Origin: Phoronis australis
Taxonomy: Eukaryota; Animalia; Phoronida
Direction of reading: 5' to 3'
DNA length: 64,000 bases
NCBI GenBank assembly: GCA_002633005.1
Contig: NMRA01000393.1
Location: forward strand, 56,706-120,705
Made by a program: the position numbers and the translations under genes. Under the pieces are notes generated by a model that did not search any database, was not told the origin of the DNA, and was given only the letters and a program-made list of their open reading frames with translations. How positions within the stretch are numbered: position 1 is the first letter of the stretch; every line of letters starts with the position of its first letter. Below, in pieces: positions 35,944-48,111 of the stretch.

Positions 35944-37306
35944 GGTACGTCAGGCAAAATAACTAGGATTCTTTTAGTTAGTGTTTCATCAATATTTAAA
36001 AAACTCGGTTTACCTTCAACTCCTGAAATACGAGGGATCGAAGCCCCGGTTTAAAATAATTTCCGAGTATTTAAAGATGGCTGACACTACGTTTTTGGTA
36101 AAGAAAAAATTGAAACTCGGCCAATGAATTTAAATTATGTGACCATGTTTTGCAAGCCTAACTACACACTAAACAAAAGTAGACGATTTACCGTACTCCT
36201 CCGCGTTGCCGCCCATGGCGCTTAAATTGGGAATCTAAAAAACGGGGTGGGCGGTAAGCGCCTAGCATGGGCAGTTAAAATCGAAATTTTTGAAAAGTCG
36301 GGAGTTGCTGCTTACTGCACGGAGGACCAATTTTACCCTGACGGAGCTACACTGACGTCGGAGTTCAAGCATATCAAATAAAATATAGGTCGGGGGATTG
36401 AAGTAACGTACTTCGACGGCCTGCGCACACGATACAGTGGTGTCGTGATCCTGAGCGTGATTGGGTTTTTATTTACTTCGGGCGCTGCTGGTCATCTCTT
36501 AGAACTAAGGTATTCCTACAGGTAGGCGTGCGTTCAGTAGGGCAAATTTCTTGAGAGAAAGGGCAGATCAAACAAGACTGCGCTAGTTCGTGGTTTATTT
36601 TCAAGGGAAGCACTTGATTGTGTAAAGATTTGATTACCGCTGGACACTTAGGTAACCAGCACGTGCTAATGATTGACAGGTCTTTTTATTGAATACTTTG
36701 AACAGTGTAACATTTTATTTATCCCACGCGCGTTGAATCTGTCGAGGGAAATACGGCCATGAAATAAAGTTTTCCGTATTCACCTCCCGCACTTCTTCAA
36801 CAGCGACCTCTGACATGGAAAGTTCAAAAGGTAGGTCAATGTCGACTCGACATTTTCAGCCGGTTCGATCATCGAACTTTCCGAATATAGTATAAAGTAA
36901 TACAGTTGCAACAGTGTAACACTCGACATGCAACCAGGCCCTAAACGTAAAATCTGGAACAAATTTGTTAATTAGAAGACACTTATGTCTCAGTTTTCAA
37001 TTGCTGAATACTAAATCGTTTGCAACTCAGGTACCGATTCCTAGGAAATTAAAATATCAAATATTGTTTTTTAACTATTTCCAGGAGATGTTACAAGTTC
37101 ACTGCTACCTCTTTTCAAGAAATAAATCGTTACTTTCGAAACTGTTTCTTTTACAAGAGAAAACTTGCATCCTAACGCGCAAGTACATACATACAGGTTG
37201 TGATCCGCTATGTGAGCAGTCTGGGTGAGGTATTTGAAAAATCTGCTAAAAAATTAGGAAACTTAGGAATTCGAAGCGCATGGGATAAATACAAAACTAC
37301 CTCGGT

Positions 37307-37420
37307 TGGTGTACATGAAGTAATATCCCACTCGACCTTATTCCGCGTATCGACCTCTACCTTCGGTCTCGGTCTATACGCGTAATAATGTCTCGTGGGA
37401 TATTACTTCATGTACGCCAC
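37307..37420. repeat. Long foldback hairpin with cTTCGg apex
   Basis: gtacatgaagtaatatcccac / gtgggatattacttcatgtac arms with inner cgcgtat / atacgcg. Confidence 0.8.
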
Positions 37421-37819
37421 TCACGTTTTGTGTATATGCATTGTATACTTCTTTGTTAGTTCAGAGCCAAGACCACTGTTGTTCAAAACACGTGCTCAAC
37501 AATCGAACGATACTACTATTAGGCAATGGGGGTACTCGGTCAGAATGTTCGACTTGCGCTAATGACAAGTTGATTTTTGCGCTCATGCCTTTGGTTGAGC
37601 GCTTCCATTTTGGTGTCAGGAGTGAAAGTCATTAAAAACATGCGTTTAACCAAGACGGGAACAGCGACACAAGTTGGCTTGTCACAATGGACCATGTCTT
37701 CGTGTTTCAATACTCAGGGTGGTTATGTTTCGTGTGCTGTCACGGGGAATCACAGAAAGGTTGGCCATGGACGTGATATCCCTGTCAAGTACTGCCTTGT
37801 TGGTTCTTCTACAGCGAAG

Positions 37820-38179
37820 CATGTGCGCACCGGGGGGGGGGGCTCTTTTGANNNNNNNNNNNNNNNNNNNNNNNNNNNNNNNNNNNNNNNNNNNNNNNNN
37901 NNNNNNNNNNNNNNNNNNNNNNNNNNNNNNNNNNNNNNNNNNNNNNNNNNNNNNNNNNNNNNNNNNCCCCCCCCCCCATTTGGCGAAGTGGGCAAAACGG
38001 TCCGCCCCAGAGAAACAAAAAGTCCGACAAAGCGAGACAAAAGCTCACTAAAAAGACGCAGAGGCACAGTTCACAGTCCTGAAAAGTGGTACCCCTTTTT
38101 TTCACGATTTTTCGTCAGCAAAAGGTACACACCGACAGAAATTCGATTCCCCCCATTTTTAAGGCTGGGTGCGCGCATG
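37820..38179. mobile_element. CATGCGCGCAC MITE copy 2 (contains an assembly gap)
   Basis: Termini catgtgcgcacc / ggtgcgcgcatg; interior is the reverse complement of copy 1. Confidence 0.8.
37852..37966. other. Assembly gap (N run) between poly-G and poly-C tracts
   Basis: Run of N in the sequence. Confidence 0.99.
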
Positions 38180-39959
38180 GTAAGGCAAGGTCCCGGTTCT
38201 GCTATAATTGATTGATTGTCACAGAAATGTAAGCGAGTTGCGCACGTTTTGGATTCTTAATTTTGTGCGAGGAACGTTCACAGAAGTACAGATACGTTTA
38301 CGGAAGTCTCGATCGTGAAAAATTAGGGGTGGGCGGTAAGCCGAGCATTTGCCGTAACCCGGACGAGTACGATAAATTGGCAGAAGCATCAAAATCATAA
38401 GGTCTGAAAATGGCCAATCAAGGTTTGTCACGTACATGTAGTTGAGGTTGTCTCAAATCAGTGGCCTACTATCAAGGTTTGCCACTTACATGTAGCTGAA
38501 GTCGTCTGAAATCAGCGGCACAATTGGGACGTCATTATGAGAATAGACATTAAAAATGTTCTTATCATTTTTTACAGTCTAACATAGTACAATTTTAAAC
38601 ATTAATTCCACGAACCACGTTAATATTTACCTTTAATTACAAATAACTACCACGAACTGGAAGAGTTTCATCTGACCGAAATGTTGAAGTCTGTGAAAGG
38701 GATATCATCATCGAAAATAGGGATTTTAGGAGATCAGCCTCGGCTTGGAATCGAAGCGATGGCGTGGTCTAACAATCTGTTGGAGTAGATAACCCCATTG
38801 GATGAATGGTAGAATATTTTAAACTGAATTAAGTGACTCAGTCATCGACCTTCGGCGAAATCTGGATGATTACAGCGAGAACTGTCGTTTCATAATAAAA
38901 TCACAGAACACAATTAAGGAGTTGTAAACCTAATTCAAAATTGTATACGTGGTTACAACAGTGATTATGCAATGGAAAGCGGCGACATGGTTGTAACCTA
39001 TTGACGTCAGTCGCAAACGACTGTTTGACTGCTCTCTCATCTAGATCAACTTGTTCTAGCGCAGCAAATTTACGCCATCTTTAAGAAATTGGACAAGTTG
39101 CACTCGAGCATGTTAACACATTGCGACCATAGACATGAAACGCCAACTCCGCATATTTTCAATGGACGAAATCTGTGATGTTACGCACAATGAGATAATT
39201 TTGCTCGTTGGTTACGCAAAAGCCGTGACGTCATTGTTCACTAGCGACACCTGGCAGACTTAGCACGCTTTACTTCTGGCAAGTTTGTCGTCTGCTGTTC
39301 GTGCTCATTTCGTCGGGATTTGGATTGGCGATTTTGCCCAACTCACATCCGTGTTTAAATTGAACGTTAACTTCCTAAATAAAGCTCATGTTAATACTCC
39401 AGAAATAACCACCAGGCCTACTTAGCCTAAAAACCAATCCCACACTTCAACAGCACTTCACATACTCCACGGGAGTTTCATTTTAAGCTCGAATGCGCGC
39501 CGGCGCTGCTCAGAATTTATGGACTCCACTTTTGGAAGACCTTGAACAGCGTTTCAAGGCCGATTTTTTTGTCGTTTTAATAGACAGTAAAATAGATGGA
39601 AGTTTCCCGTCACAATACACTAACCGGAAGCTGAGTTTGCTAGGATATTTTGCACAAAAATGTCGGGAGTTGCGAACTGTTGTCGATATTATATGGTCCA
39701 ACTTATGACTGGTCAAACAACTGGTTCAGGGCTTAAACGAAACTGGTTAAACACAAATAGATTAAATATTTGGTGTTGGTAAATGCACAAACTTGTTGAC
39801 AAAGTTCCGCATAACATTGGCAGACTGTTCACCTCCCCCATTCACTTTCTTAGAAAACAAATGTTTGTTTATCTAATAATCTAAATCTTTTACATGGTGC
39901 ACAGAACTGTTTAACTGTGTATGTATGTTTAGAACTAACCACAACATACATTATTTCAG

Positions 39960-40180
39960 TCCAATTCATGATGCCGTCGATAGCAATCACCTGCAATTAG
40001 TGCGACTTCTTATTGAATATGGTGCGGATCCTACTGTGGTTACATATTCGGGGCAGACACCAGTCAGTTTGGCCACCACCGACGAGATGAAATTGTTTAT
40101 CTCGGGTTACCTAGGAGATGTTAATGGGACACTTTGTGACGACGGAAGTTCCTGGAAGTTCCCGGCTCCTTTTGAAAAAG
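39960..40180 (+). CDS. BCOR: BCOR-like exon, ankyrin repeat 3 and linker
   Basis: PIHDAVDSNHLQLVRLLIEYGADPTVVTYSGQTP...MKLFISGYLGDVNG...W matches the BCOR-family HDAVENDHLE.VRLLLSYGADPTLATYSG block. Confidence 0.95.
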
Positions 40181-40916
40181 GTGTGTTTCAGAAAGTCACA
40201 TTCTTCTTTTAGTATAACAAAGGGAAATTAAGCTTGTTGATATTCAAGAGTGAGGATTTATAGGAGTTAACCTTGAGCTTTTTGCCCAATTATTTATCTA
40301 TCTGAGTAGCACCACCTACCAACATTGGTTCAAAACGTAAATTGGCAATTAACACCCAAATGTAACAGTGAAGTTGAGCTTTTACCTCAAAATGTACTAT
40401 TCTTAGTACTGAATTTTTTTAAGTAACAACCTAGTGCGTTTCTTCACTAGGAGCTATAAAAATTACATATGAAAATAAACGGATCAAGGCCAGGCCGTGT
40501 AATGAAGTCAGAGTCCACTTCGTAAGATGGCCACCACCGGATTGACATGACCTCACAAAATTGTTCTTGGTGATCACCATCCTTTGATTGTCATTAATTG
40601 ACGGTTTCCTTAGGTACCTCACAACCAATGAGCCAATGAATTGATGTACTACTCACTGTTCGCTGATTTCAGATGTACAAGGTTTGTAAGAGTTTACCCT
40701 GTAGACAGGAACGTGTTTCAGCTTGGCTCAAAAGCGTTGTTAGGGCTCATCAAACTGAACTGATCACCATTACACCGTGTTAACCTTACCATCACCTGGA
40801 TTCCATTAATAACCAATTTATCACAATGTATGTTATCAATTTTCGTTGACATCTCTGAATAATACAAATGTGTGTTGATTGTATATCTTGTAATGTCTTG
40901 ATATAATACATTTCAG

Positions 40917-41004
40917 GAAGTTGTGACCTACTAAAAGATGTACCTTCGGATGACGAAAGCTGCTGGACTGACATAGATTTTGAAATGGAATCGTCGTTAA
41001 AAAG
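40917..41004 (+). CDS. BCOR: BCOR-like exon, acidic linker and start of PUFD (GSCDLLKDVPSDDESCWTDIDFEMESSLK)
   Basis: Acceptor catttcAG at phase 1; resembles BCOR GYDVLANPP...D.FEFEFS; donor AG|GTTGGT. Confidence 0.75.
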
Positions 41005-41234
41005 GTTGGTTTGCTGTTTTTATCATTTTCTTTGGTTGCTTCACACCTTAAAAGATTGATATCGCTTTTTCATGGTCTTAATAATTGAGAACTCGTGTTG
41101 AGATTAAATTATCTGATAGGTCATACATAGTCCCTTGTGTTCAAGTGGTTCTGAGGAACTAGATCACCTCCAAATTAGTGACAATGTGATCCCAATTTTG
41201 CCCTGAAATCGGGTGGTTATGTAGTAGCATCATT

Positions 41235-41406
41235 CATGCGCGCACTCATGGGTGCTCGGGGGTTCAAACGAGCCCCCTCCCCCCATTTGGCGAAAACATC
41301 CGCCTCGGAGAGACAACAAGTCCTAGAAAATGAGGCAAAAGTCCACTAAACATGCCCCCTCCCCCTTTTTTTAGTCCCCACATATTGAAGGCTGGGTGCG
41401 CGCATG
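41235..41406. mobile_element. CATGCGCGCAC MITE copy 3 with 5-bp TSD
   Basis: TSD tcatt on both sides; same TIRs as copy 1. Confidence 0.85.
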
Positions 41407-42841
41407 TCATTTCTAAAACCTGTCTTTCTGTTTACATGCATATTCCACATGCGCCAATAATTTTGAAAAAAGTAGTCGTCATTATTGGTCTCCATGAGAG
41501 CACAACATATTAGTGGTCGTTGTAACAACGCTGTAACAACAGAAAATGGTCGTAGAAATGATCGATCGAAACATGCTATGTAAATTGGCTAGCAGTTATT
41601 GTAAGGTTTCAGAAGTGTTGCTAGTTCGTATCTTCGCTTCTCAGTAGGAGAAACATGTTGCGGCAAAGCGCTCTCTCGACCAGTTTAGCGATTAGTTTCC
41701 GATATTGGCTCCATAGTGAGTTTTATGCGCACACAGAAATTTGTCTCATTTAGTCAACATCCCGTCGGTATAGGTACGTTCGTCCATTCGTCCGTACATT
41801 TGCTTTTCTGCTGATAATCTCTGTTCAAAAACGTCTCGGCGGATATGGACGAAAATTGTTTCTAAAGTTATATGGTGGGATGCGCTGGCACCAGTCGTTT
41901 ATTGGATGGTTTCGGCGACCGTAGCACCTCCCGTTGGCCATTTTAGGTTTCGACAACTAATTCGTTGTCCGTCGATTTTTTTGCGAAACGACTTGTCGAA
42001 TTTTGCCGAATCTTGTTGCAGAGGTTTTTGATGAGGTTATAAAATAACCATCCCGCCCTGTTTCGTTAAACGAATTCGCAATTCACAAATTATAGAAATC
42101 TACTCCATACAACGACTCCGTGGTCTGTTTCCGCTTACTCTTATCAGGAAAGCCATTACGGCTAACCTAATATGGGACATACAAGTAAAAACTAGGCCAG
42201 TAGGTGTCATGAACAGGACCAAATTTGGTCGGTTCACTTTTGACGTGGATTCTTGGCAAAGGTACATTTGATGAAATGGGTAGTGAACAGTTCTTTATAT
42301 TACCGCCTATACTGGTGACTTCTTTCATCACCTGACAGTTTTTGTGCTCTGTAGCATCCAGTACTAGGCCTACATACATATTTTGAATCTTTTGGGCACC
42401 ACAACTACCAGTTACGTTTTGATTAGCAAAGTTCAGGCCGACTTGTGCTCCAAGGGATTTCTACTGTACCGGTATGAATGTAAATAACTATAGGTGTCTA
42501 ACTAGCATGGGCGTGTTACGTATATACAGGGACTTTATTCACTGTATCGCTCTCTTATCAACTCCAGTAGATCACCTTCAGCGGTTGAATGACAAGAACG
42601 GCAGTGAGAATATTGCTAGGGAGTCGGCAACATTGGTCTTGTTTCAAGTAGCGTTTTTCATCATTAAATATCGCATTGGATACTTGGTTTCCCGGTTATT
42701 CACGTATTGGGTTGGTCTGGGGTTTTTTATTCTGCTGCGGCATCTTCCTACCTACTGAAATTGTGCCCATCGGATTTAAAAATAGTTTCCTTTGATTTTG
42801 TGGTCAAGCTTAATGAATGGTGTTTTTTTATTGTTGAACAG

Positions 42842-42857
42842 GTGTATGGATTGGTAG
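42842..42857 (+). CDS. Candidate terminal coding exon of the BCOR-like gene (R-CMDW*)
   Basis: First good acceptor downstream (tgtttttttattgttgaacAG); phase-2 reading stops after 4 codons; no homology support. Confidence 0.25.
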
Positions 42858-43966
42858 CACTGTTATAGCAGAAGTGGGATGGAACCAAACTGTCATGGAC
42901 TTGAGGTCATTACGATTTGCCGAGTTGGACGGTTAAATTGAAGCATACAGGTCTTCTTCCAAGTCGGAATAAGACGCGGTTCTGCTAACGTTGAGACTGA
43001 CTGTAGATACAAGTGTCGCTTTCTGGCAACCTAATTGGTCAATTAAGCAGGGGTGGATGTATTCCTTTGAAGCTCAGGAATGTTTGTTCGGATTCGCTCA
43101 GCTCTTGGTCTTTTGCGAGTTATCCTTTTCATGCACTTGAGTGTGAGTGGGGTGCCCTCTAAGGGAGGCTCCACTAACTACACAGTAATAATTGTGATAG
43201 TGTTATATATTAGTTATTTTGCTTATTCATGAAATTCACTGGTCGTGGTTTTTACGTGAACACACCGTTCGTATTCATTCATTACTTATGTTCGTCTAAT
43301 GTGGTGGAGTCGGTTTTGCCGTTTTGAAAAGAAGTTAGGTGTAAAGCTGTCATATGGCATGGTATACTATTGTAATATGGCGTCCTGTTAAACCATTGAT
43401 GACAGCATGGCGTTCTTGCAATATATGGTCCCAGTGATCTCCACGGCTGTGCAAACCCGTGCTTTCTGTCAATTAAGATGATTTACTGTCAAAAAGTGGT
43501 CTTATTTTGTACTAATACACTTTGTTCCGCTTCAAAGCATGCCTTGAGTGGTTACAGCCCAATAACCAGGGCGATTCAAGTGCAGCACTACACTTGCTAT
43601 AATGTATCAGTGAGTTTTGTAGAATGCCGACAAAAATTGCATTTTAATGGATTGTTCTAAAACCCCCATGACCCACAACCCCCACGACATGTTGCAATAG
43701 ATGTATCTTTGGGCTTTTTACACATTTCATAATCATTTTACTTCCCAGAACGACTTTCCCATGAGACTTACCTACACGCGATTCTGCTCTAGCTTAAGTC
43801 TTGTGGTTAAAAGCAGAAAGTGGCGTAAGAACATGATCTGAAATAGCGAATTGCGAGCGTGCTATCGTTGTCACGGAAACAGTTCCACGAGCGGCTACCA
43901 ATGGCACTGTTGTACTAAACTTTGGGAGAGTGTACGATAACGTGAATGGACATAATTTCACATTTG

Positions 43967-45216
43967 TATGCGCCCACATATTTTTATGTGGACGCAATAT
44001 GCGGTCATCTCCATCAGTCCGTACGTGCGGCGTCCTCTGCTCTATGTCCAAAACCTTTAGACGTACGTTCATAAAATTTTGCACATTTGTTCCTTTCATT
44101 GGATGGGAGAGCATGAGTGAACTTTCGGACGGATCCGACTATCTGGGTGCCCCCTAGTGGCAATTTTAGTTTTTTATGTTTACCTCTGTATCTTCAAAGG
44201 TCTTCTATCTATTTTCATAAAATTTGGCATATAGACATCTATCTATGAGATCATGCTATAATCCGTTTTCGGATGGATTTGACATAGTTTGCGCCACCTA
44301 GTGGCCGTTTTTGCTGTTTTCGAGCCTGTTTTTGGCGTCCACCCCTTTATCAACCATACCACTCTAAGGATGGTTGTGAAAATTTGCACTATGTTCTTAC
44401 TTTGAAGAGGACGTCTGACGATGATTTCCCGAAGATTTCAACTACTGTGGCGCCTTGCAGGATCTTTACTAAATTTAGCAAATGTATTTTTATGATATTG
44501 ACAACTGATGACGACAACTTTCGGACGGGTCTGACTACCGGTGTGACCTTAGTGGCAGTTTTAGTATATTTGGTTTACCTCTGTTTCTTCAAAGTGTCTC
44601 AATGGAATTTCAGAAAATGTGGAATATAGGCATCTGTTGTTGAGATGATGCTATACTTCCGTTTTCGGATGGAATCGAGATACTTTGCGCCACCTTGTGG
44701 CCATTTTTGCTGTTTTTGAGTCCACCCCTCGATCAACCAAACCATTCTAAGGATGATTTTGAAAATTGGCGTTTATGTTCTCAGTGTGAAGAGGACGGTT
44801 GAGGATGACGACTTCGATTACTGTGGCGCCTCCTAGTGGTAGTTTTTTGTTTTGCGCCCATAACTGCATCTCCTAAACCCATTGCAGGATCTTTGTTAAA
44901 TTTTAGTAATTGTATTTATATGAAGCTAACAACTGACGACGACGTTTTTCAGGCGAATCCAGCGAATGCTTTGCCCCACAGTTGCAATTCCATTTTTTCC
45001 GTTTTCCTTAGCTTCTCTGAAGTTCTTTGACATAATTTTATGAAATTTGGTAAGCAGCTTCCTATTAAAGAAGCAATGGCATGTTCTCGTTTTCAGATGG
45101 ATTGGACGTTTTGCACTGACTAGTGGCCGTTTTTATGAAACAAATAAAGAACCCTAGAAGCACATCGTTTGCGGTGCATTAGTGGGCGCATTTCAACACT
45201 CCCAGTTGCTCTTGTT
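43967..45216 (+). mobile_element. Non-autonomous Helentron-type element (HINE/DINE-1-like), copy 1
   Basis: 5' subTIR tatgcgcccac with nearby inverted partner gtggacgca, GTCC-type microsatellite, internal tandem units of about 0.4 kb rich in ccacctagtggc, 3' subTIR gtgggcgcat, short hairpin caac..gttg, T-rich ends. Confidence 0.8.
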
Positions 45217-45277
45217 ACTATTTGCGTTCTGTTGTATACTCGTTTACAATATACTCCACGTAACGTTGAGATTCTTT

Positions 45278-48111
45278 TTATGCGCCCACATATTTATATA
45301 CAAATATTTTTTTAATGTTTATTACGAAATCTTCAGAATACAATGAATATACATAACTCAGAAAGCGCCAAGAGGCATTTGATCTGGGTGTGGACGCATT
45401 ATGCCGTCATCTCCGTCCGTCTGTCCGCGCGGCGTCCGTCCGGCGTCCGTTGCTCTAACTCCAAAACCGTTTGACGTATGTTCATGAAATTTTGCACGTG
45501 CGTTCCTTTCGTGGATGGGACGGCATGAGCGAACTTTCGAATGCATTCGACTACCGATCTGCCCCCTAGTGGCAATTTTTAGTTTTTTACGCTTACCACT
45601 ATATCTTCAAAGGTCTTCAGCGTATTTTCATAAAATTTAGCATGTAGGCACAGGCGCTTGGGTTTATTGCAAATGACGTCACTCAATAATATATATAAGA
45701 AAACATAAAGGTTGGACACTTAAACTTTGCCAAGCGGAGGCTCCCAACTTCAACCGTCCAAAATCCAAATAAAATCTGCGTGCACCTCCCTCAGTCTGGT
45801 GTTGCATAAACCTTCGAAGCCTTATCTTTCCTAGATCCCATTAACTGTATTCGTGAGAGGTGAATTGGCGATGGAATTTCTAAAACAATCTCAAAACTCT
45901 GAATTCAAGGACCTGAAATAGTAAACATGGCGGATTTCAGTTGTGCTTCAACTTGTACGCCTGTCGTAGGTGAAACTTCGAGTTTGAGCAAGCAACCTAT
46001 ATTTCAAATTCAATAATTCTAATCCAAAACTCAACTAATTGAGAATGTTAAAGTTAGTATTTTAATGATTATTTGTAACTTTATTCCACTGACGGCTCAT
46101 TTTAGCCCTTAACTTAGAATTTTATTACATAAACTGGCGTATCTTGTTTCTCATCTTGACATCACGCACTTTTTTGATTGAAGCACAACACACACTCGGC
46201 CAGGAAACGCAGTCCGTGCAAGTATTACAATGCGCGTGGCCGACGAGTTAACTCAATGGTTTTGGCCAAAAGTAAAACCTTCATAAGAAATCACAGTACA
46301 CAAAAAACTTCGCATATCAATACAGTATCAGGATAATTCATATTTGACACAAATATGTGAGTAATTACATTTATTTGGCAATAAAGTGCTCTCTGCTTCT
46401 CATGATCAAGTAGTCGATGGATTGACGGCGAAAGCCGCGCGAAATTAGACTTTCGGATTTAGCTCGGGAGCGTCTGTCAAAACCCGGATGTGCGAAGACC
46501 GTCTGCCATGACATCACGGAATTAGGTCCTTGAATTTGTGATTTTGGCATTCTTTTGGCATTTTTGTCGCCAAATTACCTCTTGTAGGCAATTTGAAGAG
46601 ATCGAATGAAAGAAAGTATTCTAAGAGTTGTTCGATGCTAGTTTCGTGGAGTTCCATGCACATTTGAGTAGAAAATTCTGAGCAAACAGATTTCGAGTGT
46701 CCAACCTTTATGTTTTCTTATATATTATGAGTGACGTCATTTGCGATAAACCCAAGCGCATGTGCATGTAGGCATCTATTAGTGAGATGACGTAATTTGC
46801 GCCACCTAGTGGCCATTTTTACTGTTTTCGAGTATGTTTTAGTCGTCTACCCCTCTATCAACCAAAGTGCTCTCGGGATGATTGTGAAAATTGGCATGTA
46901 TTTTCTTACTATGAAGAGAACGGCTGACGATGATTTTCTGACGATTTCCACAACTGTGGCGCCTCCTAGTGGCAGTTTTGTTTTTTTTTTTGCGCTCATG
47001 GCTGTATCTCCTAAACCGTCTGCAGGATCTTTACTAAATTTAGTAAGTGCATTTATATGATGTTGTCAAAAGACGACAACGACTTTCTGACGGATTTGAC
47101 TACTGGTGTGCTCCCTGGTAACAATTTTATTTTTTTTAAGTTAACCTCTGTATCTTCAAAGGTCCTCAATGTATTTTCAAAAAATTTGGCGTACAGGCTT
47201 TTGTTAGTGTGGTGACGCTATCTTTCCGTTTTCAGATGGATTCGACTTAGTTTGCGCCACCTATTGGCCGTTTTTACTGTTTTCGAGTCTGTTTTTGGCA
47301 TCCACCTCTCTATCAACCAAATCGTTTTCAGGAACCGTTTGCAGGATCTTTACTAAATTGAACAAGTGTATTTATATGATGTTGACAAAGAACAACGACG
47401 ACTTTTGGCAGACGGATCTGACTACTAGTGTGCCTCCTGGTGGCAATTTTAGTTTTTACATTTGCCTCTGTGTCTTCAAGGGTCCTCTAGGATTTATATA
47501 ACATTTTGAATACAGGCATCTGTTTGTGAGGTGACGCTATCCACCCGTTTTTGGATGGAATCGAGGTAATTTGTGCCACCTAGCGGCCATTTTTGCTGTT
47601 TTCGAGTCTGTTTTTGGCGTCCACCCTTCTATCAACCACATCATTCTAATGATGGTTTTTAAAATTGGTGGTTGTGTTCTCTGTGTGAAGAGGATGGTTG
47701 ACGATGACGACTTTGACTACTGTGGTGTCTCCAATGGTAGTTTTGTTTTGTTTTGTTTAGCTGTACCTCCTAACCCACTGCTGGTTCTTTATTAAATTTA
47801 GTAAGCGTATTTATATGAAGCTAACAACAGACAATGGCGACTTTCAGGCGGATCCATTGAACACTGTGCCCCTAGTGGTAGTTTTCATTTTATTCTGTTT
47901 TCCTTTGTTTCTCTGAAGTTCCGTGACAGATTTCTATGAAATTTGGTGAATAGCTTTCTATTAAAGAAGCTATGACATTTTCCTACTTTCAGATGGATTG
48001 TACGTTTTTGCGTCATTTAGTGGCCATTCTTATGACCAATAAACAACCCTAAAAGCACACCGTTTGCGATGCCTTTGTGGGCGCATTTCAACGCTCCGCG
48101 TTGCTCTTGTT
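45278..48111 (+). mobile_element. HINE copy 2, interrupted by a 1.1-kb TIR element
   Basis: Same termini and internal units as copy 1; ends gtgggcgcatttcaacgctccgcgttgctcttgtt. Confidence 0.8.
45649..46764. mobile_element. Non-autonomous DNA transposon, TIRs of about 70 bp, 8-bp TSD (P- or hAT-type)
   Basis: cacaggcgcttgggtttattgcaaatgacgtcactca...aaggttggacact mirrored at 46696-46764; TSD catgtagg. Confidence 0.9.

Noticed and set aside
37577-38215. Long ORFs on both strands
   Set aside because: Inflated by the N gap and GC-rich MITE sequence.
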